The translations under genes and the position numbers were made by a program. The notes under the pieces were generated by a model, which was given only the letters and a program-made list of their open reading frames with translations, had not been told where the DNA came from and did not search any database. From positions 1,263,492 through 1,327,491 of the forward strand of contig CM074822.1 of assembly GCA_037447605.1 (NCBI GenBank): a stretch of 64,000 nt of DNA, in the 5' to 3' direction. Of this stretch, positions 23,862 to 32,757 are shown piece by piece (position 1 is the first letter of the stretch; each line of letters begins with the position of its first letter). The stretch is from Zygnema circumcarinatum SAG 698-1b. Lineage: Eukaryota; Plantae; Zygnematophyceae.

Positions 23862-24891
23862 GTTTTGGTCTTGAGCCACTGGTTGGCAACCAGTCGACTG
23901 GTTTGTCTAATGGTCCGATCTGTGAAAAGCTTCCCTCATTCACACGCAACGCGTTTGTCGGTGCTCCAAAAATCCATCGCTCGTGGAGCAAGTTCACGGA
24001 GTCAACGAATAGGACAAAGTGACGACAAATACAACCACAACGGCAGAAAACAACAGGCTGCGGATCAAGATCCTCGTGCGTTGCCTTTTTATAGAAATGT
24101 CTTCGAACCTTAATTATATGAAGTGAACTGAATTGAAAACTGATCAAACACATAAGCTGTATGGGTATGCGATATACCCCATTTTCTGCGCATTCGATCC
24201 AACGAAACCTACAACCAACCAGGTTGCGCGACGTGGCCATGTCAGACTTGCGGGAACTATACCCCATTTCCATTAAAATCATCTTTGACAACCTAATCGA
24301 ATCCGTAGGTCACATAAAACATTGAAATCGAACGCTGTCGTACGTAGAAAACGATACTTGGCAAAAACTGAATGGTTACGCGATATACCTTATTTTCAAC
24401 AGGCTGCGGATCAAGATCCTCGTGCGTTGCCTTTTTATAAAAATGTCTTCGAACCTTAATTATGTGAAGTGAACTGAAACGGAAACTGATCGAACACATA
24501 AGCTGTCGAATATTGTGTTCTGTTCAGTTGCGCAAGGGGCGATTTAGATTTCTGATTAGCGGAATTGGAAACCGGTTATCGCTTTTGATTGGAAACCGGT
24601 TGTTGTTTATAATTGGAAACCGCTTATCGCTAATAGGGGGGGTCAGACCTTGACCATCGCTTACGAAATTCAAAGATTCTTTATACGGAAAGGTATTGAT
24701 TTTGTTTCCAGGTTTCGGATCGGAAGCCGCGGGTCCCCCGAACCTGTCATTTCTCGTCAATACCACGGAGTAGGTTACAAAAATGCCCCCAAATTTCCGA
24801 AATCCGCCGAAATCCGCTCGCCGAAAGTTACGAAAGTACTCCTCTACAGCAGGGTCGAGATGTCAATGGAGTATCTGTTTGTTGTCAAACA

Positions 24892-25334
24892 TGTTAGTGT
24901 TAGTGTGCTATAGTTAGACATTGTATGGGTTCACACTAACATTGTTGTGGTCCTCAGTTGGGAAACATGAGATCTGCTACTAGTAGTCCTAGGAAATACG
25001 GTCGGGCCAAATGTCGGTGGCCCGTACGCTTTTCGGGCGCGGNNNNNNNNNNTAGTGAGTAAGGGGAGAAGTAGCTAGTGAGAGGGGGAGAACTTCATGT
25101 GGGTGACATTCTTATTATAAAGGAGTTTTAGAGCCGTGAGCTTTCTCCTACACTTTCTCGTGTGTGATTTCCGCTGTGCTCATCTCTGTGTTCATTCTGT
25201 GAGTTATGGGCTATGAGTGAAGTGAGATAGAGTGAGAGAAAGTGAAGATGTCTTCATCGATGGGAACCGGAGTTCCAATGGAGGGCGACACGCGAGGTGG
25301 CGCCGGGAGCAGCGAGCAGATCCACGCTCCAACA
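24892..25334 (+). mobile_element. Copia solo LTR (internal gap)
   Basis: TGTTAGTG...TCCAACA with TSD AAACA at 24887-24891 and 25335-25339; no PBS or PPT. Confidence 0.8.
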
Positions 25335-25884
25335 AAACATACTGACGTTTTGTGAACTTTCATACCCCCAATTAGGACCAACGTAAAAAAACGTGTCACA
25401 AGTTTGACAAAACAAGCTGTTACGGTTTACCAACACACACCGGTACAAACATGCCATTTCGAGCATTGCCAACCGACAATCACAATCTCGCGATTACGAA
25501 AACCGTATAATAACCGTTTCGGGCGTTGTCAACCGAACCATTCCAAATCTTGCAATTAGGTGGTATCAAACTTAACAAAAATTGACGGAAAAGGAACGTT
25601 ACGTTATGCTAGTGGTCTCGTAAACCTACGATGGCGCCGACCTATTTCTGGCACATCCATACAGTTCCGTCGCACGGCCCGGTCCCCTTAACATTTTCCG
25701 GCCGCCGACCCCGCTTGCCGTACGCTCGAACCAGCAGGCCCACTACGCGAGTGGCCAACGTGGCGCGGCGCGATTTGTCGCCGACATTCCATCGTCATTT
25801 CGCGTTGCCGCTTCGCGCTCCGCGTCTCGCGTCCGCGGCGCGACCAATCCGCGCCGTCCGTCCATACTCCTCGCGCGCGCTAGG

Positions 25885-26884
25885 TGTTAGTGTTAGTGTA
25901 TGATAGTTAGACATTGTATGGCACACACTAACTTGTTGTGGTACTCAGTTTGTAGAACATGAGATCTGCTAGGCGTAGTGCTCTTAGATTTAGTAATGTC
26001 GGTGCTCTGACTTTGGTGAGTGCGCCGCGAGTGCGCGGAGTACGAACGAGCGGCGCTGATTGGTCGCGGCGGTGACACNNNNNNNNNNGATTGGTCGAGG
26101 CGCGGCCGCGGATTCGCGAAGTACGGACGCGAGCGACTCTGATTGGTCGCGACGCGGGCGCGAAACGCGGAGCGCAAAGTTGCGGCGCGGAAACGACATG
26201 GAAGATATTTGGCGGCGAACCGGAATGCGCCACGTGGACCACTCGCGATGTAGGTCCGCGAGTTCGAGTGTACGGCCGAGATGTCGGCGGGCGAAGACTG
26301 CGAAGGAGCGCTGGCGAAACGGCGAACTGTACGGACGGATGTACGATCCGACAAGAACTAGGTCGGCGCCGCCGTAGGTTTACGAGGCAGCTAGCTAGTC
26401 GCTATTTCTGAGTGCGCCCACTCAGACTCAGTGCATGGGTTTGCAATGGCGGACGCGACGTGACATGTGTGTCACGTCACGGACGCCATATTATATAGTG
26501 CGTAGTTTTACTATGGGAAGTAATCCACCTACACTACTCTGTCATAGTCTCGGGTCTTACTCAGAACCTGCTCGTGCTGCTAGGCTGCCTACACTTGTGT
26601 CGTGAGGTAGTGAGTAAGAGGGACCTTGAAGTGGTGGGAGAACTTCATTGTGGGAAGACAGTTTTATTATAAGGAGTTTTAGAGCCGTGAGCTTTCTCCT
26701 AACACTCTCTCATTGTGATTTCCGCTGTGCTTGTCTTGTAGCTTCATTCTGTTGTTATGGGCGATGAGTGAAGTAAGATAGAGCTTTGAGTGTTTGAATG
26801 TCTTCATCCGTGGGAACTCAAGTTCCAATGGAGGGCGACACCCGAGGTGGCGCCGGAAGTGGGGAGCAGACCCCTGCTTCAACA
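25885..26884 (+). mobile_element. Copia solo LTR (about 1 kb)
   Basis: TGTTAGTG...TTCAACA with TSD CTAGG at 25880-25884 and 26885-26889; homologous to LTR 14466-15480. Confidence 0.9.
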
Positions 26885-26939
26885 CTAGGCGCACAGCTTA
26901 AATGCTGACGTCATCCAAACTCGTACTTTGCAGTTTCGC

Positions 26940-27008
26940 ATGTTCAACAACTGAGAACCACAAGTTAGTGTTGTTCCATATCCTAACTATCATACACTAA
27001 CACTAACA
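26940..27008 (-). mobile_element. Truncated Copia LTR 5' end
   Basis: The reverse complement starts TGTTAGTGTTAGTGTATGATAGTTAG, like the LTRs at 15480 and 25885. Confidence 0.6.
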
Positions 27009-27563
27009 GCTGTTACGGTTTACCAACACACACCGGTACAAACATGCCGTTTCGGGCATTGTCAACCGACAATCACAATCCCGCGATTACGAAAATCGTA
27101 AAAAAAATGACCACATCCTCTGTTAGTGTATAGTAGTTAGTCACTAGACAAGTTGTTGTTGGGACATTAGTTTTGTGTGCGTGTGTTGTGTGTGGCCTTT
27201 TGGCGCGAGGCGCTTAGACCGACGAGCGGCGTGTACGGACTTTGGGTTGTGGAGAGGCGCGCGCTGGGCGGAGCCGGTGACGAGGGCGCTGACGTAATAT
27301 TTGAAATGTGACGTGGCGCTGGACGCTGACGCTGAGCTTAATCAAAGATGTGACGCCGACGCCAAACTGCGCCGGGCGAAATTTGGAAGGCGACGTGGCG
27401 CCAAGGCCAGCCTTTGGATTGGCTGATTTGGACTTGGCGCCAAGTGGCGCTGCATTGTCGGGCGCTGCTGACATTCAAAACTGTACGGAGCTGCGTCGAA
27501 TTGTCGGTGGCGTGAGACGACGCGAGGATTGACGCGTCATCTATCTTGGAGGCAAGGTCAGAT

Positions 27564-28015
27564 TGTAGCGAAACGCTATACATGTGTTGTATGGCCTAGT
27601 ATTTACATCCGCGGTTGCCTTTTAATGGTAAAGCACTGGTGTGGATACCGGGAGGTCTTGTGTTCAAACCTTGTAGTTGGCAGGTTTGTTACATTGGTAT
27701 CAGAGCCAGTGCCCGGTATTTGTAATCCACCCTAAAAACACCGTGATCTCTGAGCATGGTACGGAACCCGTTCCTTAGTGGCCTGAGGGGCTAAGGCCGT
27801 AGTCCATGTGTTGAAGGAGCTTGAACGCTGCTCGTGAAAACCCTTGAGTGCGCTCGAGGACGAGCCCGGTTTAGGTGGGGAGGAATGTAGCGAAACGCTA
27901 TACATGTGTTGTATGGCCTAGTATTTACATCCGCGGTTGCCTTTTAATGGTAAAGCACTGGTGTGGATACCGGGAGGTCTTGTGTTCAAACCTTGCAGTT
28001 GGCAGGTTTGTTACA
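27564..28015 (+). mobile_element. Complete 452-bp TRIM (terminal-repeat retrotransposon in miniature)
   Basis: Two 130-bp LTRs (27564-27693 and 27886-28015; TG...CA; one mismatch seen). PBS TGGTATCAGAGCC after the 5' LTR, PPT GGTGGGGAGGAA before the 3' LTR, 192-bp non-coding interior, TSD CAGAT at 27559-27563 and 28016-28020. Confidence 0.95.
27611..27682 (+). pseudogene. tRNA-derived sequence (A-box/B-box) inside TRIM LTR; second copy at 27933-28004
   Basis: Numbered from G27611 (no position 17) it keeps A14, G18, G19, A21, U33, G53-U54-U55-C56-A57-A58, C61 and G1-C72/C2-G71 with A73, plus a GAGGTC variable loop. The acceptor and T stems are degraded, so it is unlikely to be a functional tRNA. 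Confidence 0.7.
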
Positions 28016-29005
28016 CAGATCCTGCGGCGCAAGACGTGGATTGAACGGAAGGCTGAGTCGGATCCGACGCGAAGCGTGCTATATACCGGATCCGCGGTGA
28101 GTCTACGAGACTGACTCCGCCGCAGGATTAAAGATCGATAGGCCCTTGCAGCCGCTAGTCGAGCAAGTTGTGAAGCTTCAGAGCATGTTGTTGTCACGTG
28201 TGTAGTGACATTGTATATAAGGATTGGTCTTACTTTGTGTAGGCTCATTCCACTCAGGCTGTTGTAGACTCTGAGAAGCTGAATGCTCGTGTTGCTTAAC
28301 ATTACACTTGCTCGTGCTGCAAGGTAGTGGGCTTTTGAGTTTGCTGAGCGGTCGATTTGAGAGGGTGTCTCTCAATGTATGAGTGAATTCATTATTAAGG
28401 AGTTTTAGAGCCAGGAGCTTTCTCCTATTCATTTCTCTCACACTACTGCGGCATTATTTGTCGATTCACTCGCGAGTAAAATGGGCTATGAGTGAATGTG
28501 AGAGATTTGAATATGTCATCGTCGATTGGAACGCGAACTCCGATGGAGGGTGACCCGAATGGAGGAACGGACGGCAGCAGTGGAGGAGTCCCTCCACCAA
28601 CATCCTCGTCCAAAGACGATTGTCCAAATAGAGCCGTTTCGTTCCGGTACGGTGACGTTGACGACGTTTCGATGACGAAACGGTCACGGAACAACCGCGT
28701 TTTTTATCTTCCCCTGTTCTTCACGTCCTCCCGACTTCCATTTTCTTACACTCGCCTGTCTAGCTGAAGCTGCTCCCCCTAAAGCTTTTGTGATGGCAGA
28801 TGCCGTTAAGGAGGCGAGACTGCAAGCCAAAAAGGACCGAGCAGAGCTTGAAAGGTTATCCAATCTATGCGCATATTTTCGGAGTTCATTAGAGGAGGAA
28901 CTGCTGTTCCTGACGAAATCAAGGGAGGAGCTTGTCAAGTACGTAAATCGTGTGTACCGCCAATTACCGTGGCTTTTTGTGAGCGTAAGTACCAACCGGT
29001 CAAAG

Positions 29006-29059
<54 letters not shown>

Positions 29060-30132
29060 TTACTCAGTGTGAACTGAGTGGTTTGGCTGAGCCCTGCCAA
29101 ACCACTCAGTTCATTATTGAGTTTTTGAACTGAAACTGGAACTGGTTGGCCTGCTTATTTGGTAACGAGGGGTCTTGAAAAAACCGACAAATAGTGATTG
29201 GTGAAGGAAGGAGGAGGAAGGAACATGGAGTGTGGTGGAAGGGAGAATGGTGGAAGGGCGAAGGAAGAAAAAGGAAGAAGGAAGGAAGAATGAAGGAAGG
29301 AAGGAAGATGAAGAAAAAGAAAGGAAGGAAGGATTGACGAAGGAAGAATGAAGAGGAAGAATGAGGGAGAAAAAAAAGAAGAGGGTGTTGAGGAAGGATG
29401 GAGGCTACTAACTAACACGTCAGTCAGTCAGTCTGTCAGTCTGTCGGCCAGTCTGTGAGTCCGTCAGTCAGTCAGTCACTCAGAAGTCAGTCAGTGTCTG
29501 TCAGTCAGTCGATCAGTCAGTCAGTCAGCTAGGTTGTCCGTCCATAGTCAATCAGTCCTCAAGACAGTCCTCTGGACTTTAAAGATTTTGCTGGAAAGAT
29601 GGAAACGCTGGAAATTTCGAAAAGCTGGAAATTTGGAAAAGCTGGACATTTTGAAATGCTGGACATGTGGAAATTTGGAAGTTTGGAAGTTTTGGAAATA
29701 ACCAAAAAAAAAAAAAAAAATAAAGATGATAAAGATGAGATCATGTTGTACATAACGTTCGTACTTACGCTTCACTTATGTGTTGTATAGCAAATAACCC
29801 TGGACGAGTTTCGGAAGGACCCGGTCCTGGAGATGACGATGTTCGAAAAGATCGAAAAAATTTCGGAAACATAAGATCTTGATGAAGACAGGTTCGTACT
29901 TACGCTTACACTCATGTATTGTATAGAAAATAACCCTGGACGAGTTTCGGAAGGACCCGGTCCTGGAGATAATGATGTTCGCATTCTTCATCATTTTCTT
30001 CTTCCCCTTTTTATCTTTCTTTTTCTTTCTCTTGCTTTTTTGTTGTTTTTTAATATTTTCTGTGTGAGAGTGTGTGCATTTGTGTGCCTGTGTTTGTGTG
30101 ACTGTTTGAAAATCAAACTTTTTATTAAAACG

Positions 30133-30900
30133 TGAGGCCACATGTTGTAATATTTAGATTGATTATGTTTTTTTTTTTTAAAACCACACACAAACTGCGA
30201 CGACAGAATGAGGCCACATTCTGTATTCGCAGATTGTGACTGGTTATTTCTTGGTTTGTTGTAATAATTAAATTGTTTTTTTTTTTAAACAAACCAAAAA
30301 GAAAAAGAACACTCTCCATATTACAAAATAAGCCCAATGTTGTAATATTAAGATTTTTTTTTCTCCCTGTGACTGAATTTGTGTGTGTGTGTATGTGCGT
30401 GTGTGACTTTTACAAACAAAAAAAAAAAAAAAAAATCAAACTAATTAATACAACATGAGGCCACATGTTGTAATATTTAGATTGATTATGTATTTTTTTT
30501 TTAAACAACACACAAACTGCGACGACGAATGAGGCCACATTCTGTCCTCGTAGTTTGTGTGGTTTTTTCTTGGTTTGTTGCAATATTTAAATGGGTTTTT
30601 TTTTTTAAAACAAACCAAAAAAAAAAAAACACTCTCAATATTACAACATAAGGCCAAATGTTGTAATATTAAGATTGTTTTTTTTCTTTTTTTTTTCTCT
30701 GGAACTGTGTTTGTGTGTGTGTGTATTTGTGTGTGTGACTTTTACAAACAGAAAAAAAAAAAAAAACAAATCAACCTAATTAATACAACATGAGGCTTCA
30801 TGATGTAATATTTAGATGATTATGTTTTTTTTTTTTAACCACACACAAACTGCGACGACAGAATGAGGCCTCATTCTGTCGTCGCAGTTTGTGTGTGGTT
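30133..30900. repeat. Tandem repeat of about 325-335 bp units, each with an internal palindrome
   Basis: Unit marker TGAGGC(C)...ATGT.GTAATATTTAGAT at 30133, 30456 and 30791; a perfect 64-bp palindrome at 30837-30900. Confidence 0.85.
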
Positions 30901-32757
30901 TTTTTTTGGTTTTTTTCCCATTTTAGGGCTACATGGCAACACCTGATTGGATAACCAAAAAACCACATTTCCTACAAACAATCCAAAAACACACAACAGC
31001 ACCAACGTGGCAATTTCTGACTGGATAAGAGGTATACCACATTCCGTTCGTGCTAACCAATGAGAATGCACCACGTAGCAACTTTAAACACGCTGCGACA
31101 CATACCATATTTACAACAATACGTCCCGTAAAACATTCAAACCGAACACTGTCGTACATAGAAAACGACACGTGGCAATGAAAGAATGAGTACGCGATAT
31201 ACCCCATTTTCTGCGCATTCGATCCGACGAAACGCACAACCAATCAGGACGCGCGACGTGGCAACGTCAGACTTTGAGAAACTTCGTTTCGGCGGTTTGC
31301 GAACTTTCCGGCGCGGTTTTCAACTTTTTTATTCAACTAAATGACAAAAGTTGAATCATGAAAACGCACCCTAAATAACACTTTCCTACAAAAATTGACA
31401 AAAAATATGCTTTCCGTATGCCCCTTGGTGCGGTTTGGGCCCTGGGGCGGTGTGACCAAAAACGACAAAAATAAATCAACTAATTCGTACTGCCTGTATG
31501 TGCGGTTTAGGGGCCAGACAGGTGAAAGACGCGCCAGACGACAAACATCTAAAACCGTCTTCCGTACTTTAAACGGTCGGTCTTGACAATCACCAATGTG
31601 ATCTTTTCTGGTGTGTGACGAAAATAACGACAAGAAAAATCTTCTCGTGTGTACTATCGATTTGCTGTCATAAGCCTGTAACCGTATGACACAAAAAATG
31701 ACAAAACATGTCGCCCAAATCTGTTTGTTTGCTCAGCTGCAGCACTGACCTGATTGGTTCACCAGTGTGGACAAGAGACATTCGTACGAACGTTGACTTT
31801 TATTTCTGAACGGGGATTTTGCCTTCGTAGTAAAACTCTACAAGCGCTATTATCTCTCCTCCTACAAGCGCTTGCTTAAACTAAGTACTGTTTTGAAGAC
31901 AAATCAACCGAACCTCGAGTACTTTTTCTGAAATATAATCCTTCCGAAACAATGTAGTCAGTAGCACTGACGAATTTCTCGAAACTAACGAACCATAGAA
32001 CTGCCGACTCCTATTAGTCGGACGTGCAACGCCGTAAAGTCCGAAGGACCAGTACTCCCTCCCCGCTGCAGCGGTAGCCCGCCACGTGTCTTCCACAGAA
32101 ACGACAAATATGTCGTACAAACGCACTAGCTCTTCCTACGTCATTTTGAACTCTATCCTTTGGTCCAACTATACTCCGTACATTGGAGACGTGACATGAT
32201 TGACTTGTAGCTTGCTGCGTCCGCTTAGAACAAAGAATAGGCACGACCAGAATCCGCAAGAAAACAAACCAGCCCAAAGCGACAAAAAGGGAGGTCCGCG
32301 GGTAGGTGTTGGAGGCACGACAACCCCCCCCGATCCTCGTCGTGCCCCTCACGTCACGTGACTAAGAAGTCTGTCAGAGCCGTGACTCAACGTGACGTGA
32401 CTCGTACTTCCAATATTTATCCTCCTGCAAGCAAACAAATGCGGCCGTACGCTTCGCAAATGTAGGCCGTACCGTAAGGCTCGCTGACGTGGCAGGGGCA
32501 CCGAGGGGCACGGTTCTGGGAGTTTCCCGGCAGGTCGTGCCCCGGGCATGCCCCTTGGCAGGCATGCCCTTGGCCGGCATGCCCCTCACGCCTGCCTTCA
32601 ACACTATCCGCGGGGCTTTGTGGAAGGGAGGTGCGGCGGGAGAGAGGGACAGGGAGGGTGGCTAAGGGGTCGGTTAGGCGGTTACTCAGAAGCCTGTGAG
32701 AGAGGGAGAGCTGGTTTGTCAGTCGGTAGAGTTCAGAGACGAGGGCGGTGGAGCGCA

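Larger units (their letters stand above)
6840..23924. mobile_element. Non-autonomous TIR DNA transposon (CACAGWTCGGACC termini, 8-bp TSD) expanded to 17 kb by nested LTR retrotransposons
   Basis: Left end CACAGTTCGGACC at 6840 and right end GGTCCGATCTGTG at 23924. Direct repeat AAAAGCTT at 6832-6839 and 23925-23932. Palindromic subterminal repeats TGGTTGGCAACCA(GTCGA) at 6860-7078, about 13380-13660, 14110-14460 and 23875-23905. Confidence 0.8.
27121..28602 (+). mobile_element. Copia solo LTR (same family as 23002-23861) containing a TRIM
   Basis: TGTTAGTG...ACCAACA with TSD TCCTC at 27116-27120 and 28603-28607. Confidence 0.9.

Noticed and set aside
27611-27682. Functional tRNA gene (nominal anticodon GGA)
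   Set aside because: The acceptor and T stems are largely unpaired, U8 is absent and it lies within both LTRs of a TRIM. Treated as tRNA-derived promoter sequence.
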